Shown here: in pieces, positions 10,961 to 21,560 of the stretch | Layout of the letters: each line of letters begins with the position of its first letter | Position numbering within the stretch: the stretch's first letter is position 1 | NCBI GenBank assembly: GCA_011109175.1 | Contig: RDEW01000130.1 | Location: 1-33,629 of the forward strand | Direction of reading: 5' to 3' | Length of the DNA: 33,629 nucleotides | Source of the DNA: Dicyema japonicum | Lineage: Eukaryota > Animalia > Dicyemida | Notes under the pieces: generated by a model | The model's input: only the letters and a program-made list of their open reading frames with translations | The model's database searches: none | Told to the model about the DNA's origin: nothing | Made by a program: the position numbers and the translations under genes

Positions 10961-11051
10961 GAATATAACATTTAATCTAACCCCGTTTATTTAAATTATT
11001 TATAAATTAATAAATTTGACGTGGACAATAAATATCTGTCCTATTTAATTG

Positions 11052-11996
11052 ATGACCACAATTTTATTCTCCACAAGATTTATTTGAAAACTTACATTAA
11101 AACACCAACAAGATAAAAATCTTAGATTGCTCATATTACCCACGTGCTGACTGTCGCAACCCTTATAAGGGAAGAGACCAATATAATTATTGTAGGAATA
11201 CATCACTAAACACATTCCAGGAGCACTGTTTTTTGACATTGCAGAATGCGAAGACAAAAAATCACAATTCGAGAACACACTCCCACCCGGAGACCAATTT
11301 GCCATTTTTGTGGAAAATTTGGGGATTTCAAATTCCGATCGGATATGTTGTTATGATAACAGCGACTATGGGATCTACTCTTCTCCGAGGGTTTGGTTCA
11401 TGTTTAGGTTGTTTGGACACGACAATGTTGGGGTCCTTGATGGGGGACTGGCAGAATGGGTCAAACGTGGCTTTCCGGTGGCTGAGGGTCTGAGTACTAT
11501 GGGAATTCCTGCCGGGAATTTTGTGGTCAATCAAAAATCTGATTTCATTACTTTTAAACAAGTTTATGAAAGTTTCAAAAACATACTTTCAAATGGTCGA
11601 TACTCGTTGCACGGAACGATTTAATGGATGTCAAGAAGAGTGTGTTTCTGGTGGGGTTTGGATGGGTCACTTTTGAGGGGTGCGACCTGGACATATCCGT
11701 GAATCGGTAAATATTCCGTTCACGGGAATTTTTGGACAGAAAATGGGGAAATTAAAGAATAAAAGTGAAATAAAACATATTTTTGCCAAGTGTGGAATTG
11801 ACATGAGTGAACAATTTTATTATATGTGTTCATCAGGTTTATTGTTTAGAATATTTAAGGAATCACTGCATGTTTTGTACCGTTTGTTGTTAAATTGGTT
11901 TGTGGAGTCGATAATTTTGGACTTTTTTGTGGATCTTGGACTGAATGGTATCTCATGGGTGAGTCGGGGACGATGGACTGTGTATCCTATAATTAA
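11052..11996 (+). CDS. MPST: Tandem-domain rhodanese, 3-mercaptopyruvate/thiosulfate sulfurtransferase
   Basis: KILDCSYY, KHIPGALFFDI, LGISNSDRICCYD, YSSPRVWFMFRLFGHDNVGVLDGGLAEW, RPGHIRESVNIPF. The active site splices to CSSGITAC across intron 11837-11859; GSWTEW near the end. MPST versus TST is not certain. Confidence 0.9.
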
Positions 11997-12098
11997 GTCC
12001 TTACAATATGTTGCCTCTAAGAATAAAATATTTTGCCAGTTTATATTTACAAGACAATTATTTTATTCCAAAAAGAAAATAACCAAACGAAAATCAAA

Positions 12099-13100
12099 TC
12101 AATCATTAGTAAATTGTGGAGTACGTTTCTCAAGAAATGCTCCCATTCCTTCTTTCCTGTCATTCTACAAGAAATTTCCACATATTCCTACAAGGGCAAA
12201 AGTCGACCAAAACAGTCTCCTCTCATAACGAAGTCCCTGAGTCAGTGACATTTCCTCAGCTAAAATGTGCTCAATGTCTCCAAACCAGACTTGACAGCAT
12301 CTTTACAAATCATGGCAGTAATTCTGGAATGACTTGCAATCCTCTCAGCAGTTTTAATCGCTTCGTTCACCACTTGGTCGCTTGGAAATACTCTACAAAC
12401 CAATCCTACGACAAATTGCCATAAATTCATAAAGACCCCAATCTTGCGCCTCCTGTGCACTTATTGTACTTCCGGTCAAAATCATTTCCATTGCTTTGTA
12501 CTTACCCACTGCCCTTATCAGAGTCTGAGTCCCCCCACCGCCTGGAATGGTCCCCAACTTGATCTCGGGCTGTCCAAATTTGGCATCTTCTGAGGCATAG
12601 ATGATGTCACAAGCCATCGCCACTTCACATCCTCCGCCCAACTGATCAGCTATTTTTGAAGGGGGACAAACTGCATATCCTCGGACTGCAGCGATTATTG
12701 GGAGACGAGATTCCTGGATGCAAGACCAGTTGCTGAGAAAATTATTTTTATAGTTTTCCGCGTATGTCTTTTGGTGCATTTCAGAGATATCAGCTCCCGC
12801 TGTTGTTTTGATTAGTTTTTTCAGTACCGGCAAAGGCTTTTGAGTCCCCGGTGAGAATAATGCATTTATATTTTCATTTTTGTTGTATTGTGAGAGACAC
12901 TGGTCTATTTCGCCCATCATCTCGTCGCATAGGGCATTAAGGGCTTTAGGTCTATCCATTTGGATGAGACCAATGTTATTATTTACGCCCACAAGTTTGG
13001 ATGTTATGCAATTATATTGAGCTAATGGTATAAAAGGCATTTTCTTACTCTGCATGTTTCTGATAAATGTTTTACCAACAGAATACGATTTTGACCACAT
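12099..13100 (-). CDS. ECHS1: Mitochondrial short-chain enoyl-CoA hydratase
   Basis: [127 protein letters not shown]. Basic N-terminal presequence; introns of 27-30 nt (e.g. 12165-12191). Confidence 0.95.
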
Positions 13101-13343
13101 ATAAAAAATGTTTACTATAAATTTATTTGAAAATAAAAAAAATATTTATATAGTTATAAGTAAAATTAAAACAGCATTTGTTAATCATTATAAAATTGAT
13201 AAAATGTTATTAATAAAGGTGATGTAAAATTAGTTTTTGCGAAACGTTTTCCTAGCGATAAGAATATATTTATTGAAATTTTTCTATTAATATTTATTAT
13301 ATAAAATTTGAATTATATTTATAATAAAAACTAAATAATAGTA

Positions 13344-14515
13344 ATGTCTCGTGGTATCGCTAATTTGATGTACTATTTAAACAGTTCCTGCAGAAAAAGT
13401 GACAAAAAATGAATATATCGACGAAAGAACAGGGGAGGTGTACTCACTAGACGACATTGACAATTTTTGTTCAGGAAAATCAGCCAATGACTCAATGCGG
13501 TTCCTCCTTCAAACAAGAGTAAATGTCCCTAAAATCAACTCCAGAACGCGGGAGCAGTAATAGGCTTCCGTGGAGAAAATGTCCGTCGCCTAGAACGAGA
13601 GGTAATAAGGTCTCTATAAAATAGTTCAAAGCCACGGTGAATATCCCCGACAGCGAGTCCCCCGAAAGAATTCTCCGTATCAGTCCAAACACGGAAGTCG
13701 TCAGGAAATGTCTAAGGAGGATTCTTGAATGGCTTGAAGATGTATTGTGGATTATATATTTGAGTATTCCGACCATAATTCAGTCCTGGAAATAAAGCCT
13801 CTGATTCATAAAAGTCAGGTTGAATCTTTCAACACAGAGGTGGTGGAGGAATTGACTCAGTTGTATTTTTTGATTATTTTTAGACAAACAAAATGTCAAT
13901 TTAAGATGTCCAAATGTTGTTGTCCTTGTGCGACAGACCGGGTCATTGCTCTTAGAGGCACAGTCGATCAAATATTAGCAGCAATCACGTGCATTCAAAA
14001 TCATCTCAAAAAAGTATTTTTTTAGTTTTGTCGTCAAATTTTGAAATTTTGTTTGATTTTGGATTAGAATCCAATTTGGGACCGGAGATATATTATATTC
14101 CCGCCATGTACTCAGATTTGGCTACTTGTGACTATCTTGGGTGGACCCTGCAGGAGGGATATGGCTCAAAAGGGTCGGTCTCCTTCTTGGAGTAGTTTAG
14201 AATGCCGAGACAGCACAGAGCCAAATTGCTTTCTCACTTTGATAGTGGTCCAAAGCATTCTGAGAAGAAGAGAGTGAAGGAAAGTGACGAATCGTGTTCG
14301 ATAATGAAGATTTCTGTGCCGTGTGATTTGTCTACTCCTGCATTTGGACATGATGGGAAGAGATTGGCTTCGGTTGAGGAAGGAATCGGGGCTGATGTTA
14401 TCGTTGGTGACGGGAGACGACGGATGAGATGCTGGTGACTATTAGTGGTCTACCGGGGAGATCAAGAGGGCTCGAAGGAATGTTGGAGGATCATATTAGA
14501 TTGTATTCTTCGTGA
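13344..14515 (+). CDS. HNRNPK: hnRNP K-like triple-KH-domain RNA-binding protein, reduced
   Basis: KH1: MRFLLQTR-NAGAVIGFRGENVRRLERE-FKATVNIPDSESPERILRI. KH2: LEIKPLIHKSQ...CCCPCATDRVIALRG (cf. CCPHSTDRV). KH3: ISVPCDLSTPAFGHDGKRL...VTISG. Introns at 13519-13544 and 13602-13624. Confidence 0.85.
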
Positions 14516-14879
14516 TATGGTCCATTCTAATAATTATCATCTTTTTTAAAATTGACTATAAAGAGCTGATTTTTGATGAAAATAGACCTTTTACTCAATT
14601 TTATTTAAAAATTCCATCTTTTCATTCGCAAAATGACCAACGTTGAAATTCTACTACATTTATTGGAGGTCTTCTTAGAAACGAGGAGTAGGACTTCGGT
14701 CTGACAAGTTTTTTAGAACTCATCTCTTATATGGTTGTAGAGTAGATACATAAATATGTAACAAGTATATCCAAAGCGGGATTTATCGTTTCTATCTTGT
14801 ACTCACATCAGCTTACCTTTTCATCTCTTTCCTCTTTGTATCTTCTTTAATCCTTTTATCATCCTAATTTGCCTAATCG

Positions 14880-15640
14880 ATGACTCTCTGTTTGTAACAC
14901 TTGTAACAAAAAGATGAAAACCATCCGTTGCGACTGCTGTGACGCCAGTTTTCATCGTTCTTGCATCGAGTTGTCTAAGAAGTCTGCTTGCTCCTCTTTC
15001 CCTCCATAATGCATTCCTCCTGTCATCAGTTCTAAGTCCTCTGTTTCTATAATCCTGTCCGCTCCGCGGATCCCTTCCTGCTTATCCAGAATCTGTCTTA
15101 AGACTCATTCGCAATTATCGAGCTCTCTATCGTATTCCCATCAGAATTCCTAGATCTGCCCGTTTTTCTGTGGCAAAGGCTTTGTCGGTTTTAATAGAGT
15201 TGGTCATTCGTGACCAGACCATTTCTAATTATAACCGATTGTTCTGCTTTGCAATATTTTCCCTCGCCTCCCCAGTTCAAGGTTCGTGTAACTTATTTCT
15301 TTGCGGGGATATATCTGAGCATGCTAGATTGCTTTTCTTCTCTGCGAACCTGACAGCATTGGAGAAAAAAGACGGCGCCATTAGGCCGTCGGGAACGTTT
15401 TCCGTTGTTTGTTTTCAAAAGTCGGATGCAAGCTGGTAATTCCATCTATTAGTGACGAACTCCAGCCTATTCAGTTGGTCGTGGGAGTGTCTGGCGGGTG
15501 CGAGGCCTCGGTCCACGCATCCCGGTGTTTTATTGAATCGTCTCGTCTCTCTGAACAGCCGGCTATTATTAAAATTGTATATTAATATCAGGCTTGTTAG
15601 ACGGCTTTTGGTTTTGGCCAATTGTTGTTTAGACTTCGTC
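14880..15640 (+). mobile_element. CRE-clade non-LTR retrotransposon 5' part: PHD-like finger plus start of RT, internally deleted
   Basis: CNTC...IRCDCCDASFHRSC (14893-14970); RIPRSARFSVAKALSVLI; FFSANLTALEKKDGAIRP; SKVGCKLVIPSISDELQPIQL(G)VGVSGGCEASVH. These are typical CRE RT domain 1-3 motifs. Confidence 0.75.
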
Positions 15641-16559
15641 TGTCTTTGGCACAATTATCTGAAGAAACTTGGCCACCTCTGTTCATTACGATCAAGGATC
15701 CTAGGGAATTTACTTTCATGTTGGCCGTGGTGGGTAGAAACAGCTGTTCCATCCGGTTTGCTAGCCGATTAAGTTAATTCCAAAATGCTTTTCTCCGCTC
15801 GTTTAGTATCAAATATTACTTCCATTTTTTTAAAAAGCAAATGAAGGAGTTTCAGAAAAATAATCAAGTTTAGAAATGAATAGGAANAAGACCTATTTGG
15901 TGGCAGTGAAATAATACTTGATATGTATTGTAGCACCAACAACACAGTCAGAATCATTACTATTCAGCGTTGGGTTTCCCCTTATATCTGTGTAATTAGG
16001 ATAATCATTTCTGCATTTTTATTTAGTTCCTTAACATTGGGTTATTTCAAATTTAATCTTCTGACCAACTCTAGCAGAAGTGGCATTGAGGAGACGGACT
16101 GATCATGAAAATTCCATCATTTATAATTTAGGATTTGTGGCCATTCATGTGCTATGACTCAAGCTTAATAAAAATATTGAGGAAATGATTGCGAATATTA
16201 GCTTATTAAATTATTCATCAATTTAATGCTTCCCAAATGGAAATTAATACATTCCAATAAACTTAATTATAGAAAACCCCAAAAATTGGATTTTTAACAA
16301 AGTCCTCGCTTTTTAACAATACTACTTGGTCGCTATAATGGATTTTCAAAGTGGTCCGAAATGTTTGGACTGTGGTCTGACTGAGTATTGCATGTCTTCA
16401 CCATTTGCACTACAACTCTATTTTTGTCATTGTGGCGTTATTGGCCAATTGGCCGCAGATTAACGGGGAGGGTATGAGCTCATTATTCTTATTTTTATAG
16501 GTTCTTGAAATCTTTTCTTATTTTAAATACGCATTTCTGCACAAAATAAATATTCCAAA

Positions 16560-16845
16560 TATTTTTTAAATAAAGAAAATGAATTTGTTAACAATATTTT
16601 ATGGTCAGACAAATCAAAAACACAACTTTGGAACTGACATGTTGTGAGCAGACAACTGAACTACAAATTATTTTCTTTCATATCATTAAGTTTTGTTTTT
16701 GCTTTTAATTGAATGAAAAAACCATCTTTTCGTTCCTGAATATTATTTTTTTAAATCATTTAATGATTTAAAAGCATAATAAATATGATAATCCGGGACA
16801 AAATCCGGGACAAGGCTCCATTATCCGGGACGGATGGTAAGCCTA
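16560..16845 (+). mobile_element. hAT Blackjack-like right end with transposase C-terminal remnant
   Basis: Ends in CCGGGAC x3 subterminal repeats and GGATGGTAAGCCTA (reverse complement TAGGCTTACCATCC, similar to the TAGGGTGACCA TIR). Upstream LWSD and NFG-LTCCE remnants. No left end found. Confidence 0.55.
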
Positions 16846-16849
16846 ACTA

Positions 16850-16931
16850 TAGATGCTCTTTTTTGTAGGCGCAGTACCGGCTGTTTCCGAGACATAAAGC
16901 ACTCAACAGAATCATTAAGAACGCCCTAGAC
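16850..16931 (+). mobile_element. CRE fragment (post-zinc-knuckle), split by the Buster hAT insertion
   Basis: ALFCRRSTG(R)FPRHKALNRIIKNALD, which continues as SAGIPA.LEPPGL at 18744 once the hAT and one target-site copy are removed. Confidence 0.75.
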
Positions 16932-18735
16932 CAGTGCTTCCTGATTGGGGGTGCCTGAAATTTTTTAGGGGGTGCCTGGAACGATTTTAAAAATCATGAT
17001 TACTTTTACATATATTTAAATGATTTACAAATAAAATATATAGCAAGAAAATTTAAGTACATTTGTATTTTTTTTAAATAATATTTTTTAAAAATATATT
17101 TTTGAAAACTCGTGGTTTTTATGTCAACGTGTGTCAGAATTCGAAAATGGAATGAAGACTATGTTAACTATGGTTTTACGAAAATAATCATTGATGGGAT
17201 CGATCGACCCCAGTGCATCCTTTGTGATGCAATCTTTTCTAACTCTAATTTGAAACCATCGAAGCTGAACAAGCATTTTTTGGTTATGCACGGGGGAATT
17301 AAACGTTCAGGAAATGATTTCGAATGTTTGAAGGCAAAAAGGGTCAGATACGATATTAAAGGAACGCTTCCGAAGCATGGATTTACCTCCATTGACAAAC
17401 CGCTACTTTTAGCATCATTCCAAGTAGCGTATGAAGTTGCAAAATCGAAGAAGCCGCATACTATTGCCCAGACTCTGATTAAACCGTTTGCATTGGAAAT
17501 TGTGAAAACAGTTCTGGGTCCAGACGCCTCACGAAAATTGCAGCAGATTTTGTTCTTTATGCGCAAAAAAATTTAATTGCCGAAGAGTTTCTTTTTTGTA
17601 AACCTCTCGAAAAAGAAGCCTCTGCAAAAAATGTTTTCCATATACTTGAGACTTTTTTAAATGAACATGATATTCCATTGGAAATTATCGGATCAGTTTG
17701 CACGGACGGTGCTCCAGTTATGCTGGGGAACAGGTCGGGCTTTGCAGCCCTTTTAAGAAAACATGTTCAGATGTAAAAGTTACTCACTGCATTCTTCATC
17801 GACATGCACTCGTATCAAGCAAGTCCTTGCCTATTAAGTTGAAAAATGTTTTAAATTAATGCGTCAAACTTGTGAATATTTGAATCATAGATTGTTCAAA
17901 GCATTATGTATTGATTATGATGCTGACGCCACTGTTCTTTTGTATCATACTGATGTTAGATGGCTTTCAAGAGGTCGTTTTTTAACAAGATTTTATATTC
18001 TCAGACTTGAAATCAAGCAATTTCTATTTGAAAAAAACTCTGAACTACTTGATTGTTTTCAAATCTCCTGATTTTGTTATTTTTGTGGCATATTTGGCTG
18101 ACATTTTCAATCACCTTAACGAGTTGAATCTTTCAAGGGAAAGGGATAAACATTATTAATGCTTCTAACAATCTAAATGCCTTCAGGAATAAACTTTTGT
18201 TATGGATTCGCCGTATTCAAGACAATAATTTTGCTAATTTTCCAATGTTGGATAAAGTTGCTATTGATTCCGACTTGACTTTTGATAAAACTATCATCTT
18301 GAATGTTTAAAAAATTCATTTGATGGATATTTTCTACTCGGAAATATCGAAGATTCTGATACCTGGATCGTTAATCCATTTGTTTTCAAAATGGAAAAGA
18401 TGGATGATAGAAACTTGCAAAGAAAGCACTGGAAGTTCTGATATCATTTGCAACAACTTGGCTATGTGAATCTGGATTTTAATCTCTACTATATATAAAA
18501 AATAAGAACAGAAACTCTCTTAGCCCTGAAAACGATCTTAGAATTGAACTAGCAAACAAAAAACCGCGGTTCGAAGAATTAATTAAAACTAAAAGGCAAG
18601 AAAAATCTCAAGGAACCTAACTAATTTTTAAATAATTTTTTTAATAAAATTCTCTGTTAGATTTAAAAATGGGGGTGCCAGGTTGGTTTTTAAAATTTTT
18701 GGGGGAGCGAACTCAAAACGAATCGGGAAGCACTG
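16932..18735 (+). mobile_element. hAT Buster/Charlie DNA transposon (ZBED8/FAM200-like transposase, disrupted)
   Basis: 15-bp TIRs CAGTGCTTCCTGATT / CAGTGCTTCCCGATT; perfect 8-bp TSD CCCTAGAC (16924-16931, 18736-18743); GGGGGTGCC subterminal repeats. BED finger PQCILC...KPSKLNKHF; CTDGAPVMLG, HCILHRHAL, LLYHTDVRWLSRG. Confidence 0.95.
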
Positions 18736-18743
18736 CCCTAGAC

Positions 18744-19200
18744 TCTGCGGGAATTCCAGCTTAACTGGAACCCCCCGGGCTTTTTCGTGAAGATGGAAAT
18801 CGCCCAGATGGTGTCACGTTCTTCCCTTTCATGAAGGGTCAATGTCTAGCATGGGACTGCACATGTACCGACACTTTCTCCCAGTCCAATCTCATTAACT
18901 CGGCCTCCGACCCGGGATCAGCAGTAAGAGCATACGAAAAAATAAAGCTAACCAAATACCAAAAAACTCGGCGAGGACTTTATCCTCCAGCCGATATTCT
19001 TGGAAACTTCCGGAATTTTTGGACCATCTACCCTCTCTTTCGTCAGACGGATTGGTTCGTTGATCTCTATGTGCACGAAGGACCCTCGTGTGACCCAATA
19101 GCTGTTTCAGCGTCTCTCGATGGCGGTTATCCGGGGGAATAACCAAGCGATTCTATCCGCTGGAGCTGCGTGAACTCTTCCCTTCTTTTTCTTAATTTTC
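18744..19200 (+). mobile_element. CRE retrotransposon 3' end with restriction-like endonuclease
   Basis: LEPPGLFREDGNRPDGVTFFPFMKGQCLAWDCTCTDTFS...KLTKY...ETSGIFGP...LFQRLSMAVIRGN; stop at 19171-19173 and a short T-rich tail. Confidence 0.85.
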
Positions 19201-19216
19201 GTGACATTTGCTTTAA

Positions 19217-19521
19217 TTGTATTTGTTCCTTTTTTTAGATCTACAAAAGGAAATCAAAACTATGAAACAAAAAACAGTTCTCGATTATCGCCGACGATAC
19301 GTACTCAAGCAGTTCGAATTAGTCGACCCATACATTCTTACAAAATTCCATTATTTTGTACGAATTCTCCAAATATTCAGAGCAGATATGAAGGGACCTC
19401 ACCACCTCGTTATGCCTTCAAGTGTAATCATGGTACAGCATACTCCCGCATCTCGTGGCTAAATGGTCAACGGCAATCGCCTTACTTTTACGGTGGTTAC
19501 ACTGTTTCGGTTAACTATTGA
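19217..19521 (+). CDS. Possible orphan exon(s), unknown product
   Basis: An acceptor-like TTTTTTAG precedes DLQKEIKTMKQKTVLDYRRRYVLKQFEL; a later frame reads RYEGTSPPRYAFKCNHGTAYSRISWLNGQRQSPYFYGGYTVSVNY-stop. No family recognised. Confidence 0.25.
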
Positions 19522-19584
19522 AAAAATTCCTATCCTGAAAATATAAGAATAACCTTTTTGATCGAGAAGAGTTATTCCCATACC

Positions 19585-19902
19585 TTAGCCACGTTGATGA
19601 AGACGATACGTCAATGTGCGGGTTGTCCAGGCTGGTAAAAAGGGTCTTGTGAAGACTTTTAAGTTGATCTTTTTTATTAGGGATTCCCTTTGAAGTTTGA
19701 TTAACTCCTTCACATTAACTTTGGTAGCACCTAGCCCATACATAGCAGACACGTAGCCTTTTATGGTTCCAAGGTGTGTACGCCACGCTTTTTCAACAGC
19801 AAGGATGGAAGCCTTCCTTTGGGATACATTTGATCCACTCCAAAAGGTGTCTTGCATATTTGTAAGAATTNTAATCATTCGATAGCTATGATTATGAATC
19901 AA
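19585..19902 (-). CDS. Hypothetical protein
   Basis: A 105-codon open frame in AT-rich DNA (MQDTFWSGSNVSQRKASILAVEKAWRTHLG...). No motif recognised. Confidence 0.3.
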   Translation of the reverse strand: MIHNHSYRMIXILTNMQDTFWSGSNVSQRKASILAVEKAWRTHLGTIKGYVSAMYGLGATKVNVKELIKLQRESLIKKINLKVFTRPFLPAWTTRTLTYRLHQRG

Positions 19903-20029
19903 TGAAAAATTATGAATAAAAACTAAAAGAAGTGATAAATTATAAAGATCAAGATATCATGTATTAGTCGCCCAAAATTTAAAATCTACTGGTATATCCA
20001 AAAACAAATATTACAACAAAAGGTAAGTA

Positions 20030-20830
20030 ATTATTTAATCAATAAGACAACACAGACAAAAATTATTTTTTTGAACTGCCGGCGCATAGGATGGCCTGGC
20101 AGTTCCTCGGACGATCGCCAACGAGACTCTTTGGAAGAGATGGCGAGTCTCGTTGGGATCCTTATTCTTCTTGGCAATCTTCGTCCCCAGCCGACGAAGG
20201 AAAGAAAGCGATTCCGGGCCGATGACCCCGGATGTCTCCACAGCTACTGGCGCAAAAATGTGATCTCTGCAAGGACGAGTTTTTTCGTCTTCGTGGCCTC
20301 CGCATGTCTTGCCGCCGACCCGGCTCAGCAACAGAAGAGATCAAATTATGTGCTGAGAACGTGTCGGAGCATGTCGCGTCCCAGATAAGGCATTTCCCGT
20401 GATCGAAAGGAAATGTTGTCATCCCATCTGGGCGCTTTCCATCTCCGCGATCCAACCGACTGGTTCCAGCACATTATGGAATCCCGCAGATGCCAGGGAG
20501 CGGCTCACCACATCATTGAGCCCAGAGTGGCGAGGAAACGGCCAGCGCTACGTCGCAAGAAAGCGGGTGCAGTCTAGGGTGTCAATCGTCTGACCGCAGC
20601 GGCATTGATGCTCACGGCAGATGTTTAACTCCCAGCGCAGGGACACTGCGATGCGGAGGCATTCGTTATCCAGTAATGTCCCGACTGACGCCATTGGGAT
20701 AGCTGTCAGCCATCTCCTGAATACTTTTGGGACCCTGCAAGCAGACAGCCCAGGCGGTGTTGATCGAGTTTGCACTTGAGGAGTGAAAACTGTGGTCGGC
20801 ATAGATTCCGTCCCATTGCCGCTGTTTGGT
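20030..20830 (-). mobile_element. 5'-truncated CRE retrotransposon (CCHC knuckle plus RLE endonuclease)
   Basis: SGDWLTAIPMASVGTLLDNECLRIAVSLR, HQCRCGQTIDTL(G)LHPLSC, RFPRHSGLNDVV, DGKRPDGMTTFPFDHGKCLIWDATCSDTF, PVAVETSGVIGP, LFQRVSLAIVRG(N). Confidence 0.9.
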
Positions 20831-20914
20831 CGAAAAAAATGTCTACTGGTTTAAAGGATCGGAGCATTCGATTAATAAAAATCGAAGAACAATTCATCGA
20901 ACAACGATTGAAAT

Positions 20915-20920
20915 AAAAAA
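20915..20920 (-). terminator. Pol III oligo(T) terminator of tRNA-Asn
   Basis: TTTTTT directly follows the discriminator base on the minus strand. Confidence 0.75.
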
Positions 20921-20993
20921 CGCCCATGCTCGGATTCGAACCAAGAACCTTGTGGTTAACAGCCACACGCGCTAACCGTTGCGCCACATGGGC
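20921..20993 (-). tRNA. tRNA-Asn (anticodon GTT)
   Basis: GCCCATGTGGCGCAACGGTTAGCGCGTGTGGCTGTTAACCACAAGGTTCTTGGTTCGAATCCGAGCATGGGCG. Perfect 7-bp acceptor stem, anticodon stem TGTGG/CCACA with loop CTGTTAA, GGTTCGAATCC T-arm, G discriminator. Confidence 0.95.
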
Positions 20994-21064
20994 CTTATGT
21001 GATTATTTGTATTTATATTGAGTAACACAACGTTTACATTGCTTACTGAATTTCGTGTATTCAT

Positions 21065-21156
21065 TTAAGAAACCAACGCCCTGGACTGCTCGGCACACTA
21101 CATCGTTCAGTGCCCCATATCTGGGGAATCGGTCAGCTCTGCGTCGGCAAAAGAGA
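21065..21156 (-). mobile_element. Short CRE fragment
   Basis: LFCRRRADRFPRYGALNDVVCRAVQGVGF matches SCRRSAGRFPRHSGLNDVVSRSLASAGF (20030-20830) and the 16850 fragment. Confidence 0.65.
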
Positions 21157-21560
21157 ATTTCGATAATTGTTGCACTCCCGTAGATGCCGTTAAAAAAATT
21201 ATTTACCAAAGAACAACAATTAGTGAATAAATCTTTCTTGAAATTCTGAAACTCAAACACGATTACAAGAGAGTTTACTAAAAGCATTTCACTTTCAAAT
21301 GCTTCCATCCTGACAATCTTTTTTAAAGCTAATATTCCTCGACGTAGTTCTTACAATCACAAATAATTAGGATTATCATTCAAGTGGAACGGCAGAGCGT
21401 GTGGTCATTTTCCTCCGTTCGTTGATTGGCCGTCAATAACAACGTGGAATACTATGATGCCACTTTAATATACGAACGAATGTTATTTCGAACTGAACAG
21501 TAATATCCATCAATAGTAAACAAGCCGGGCATGACGATAGCTAAATTTATAATACAAAAA

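Noticed and set aside
11680-12228. 182-aa ORF suggesting a C-terminally extended rhodanese
   Set aside because: It reads through the 23-nt intron into a wrong frame and across the ECHS1 antisense strand. The spliced MPST stops at 11996.
12393-13100. ECHS1 as an intronless ORF with novel insertions (VLKKLIKTT, VCPPSKIADQ)
   Set aside because: The insertions are 28- and 30-nt GT-AG introns. The first is kept in frame only by a compensating 1-nt loss.
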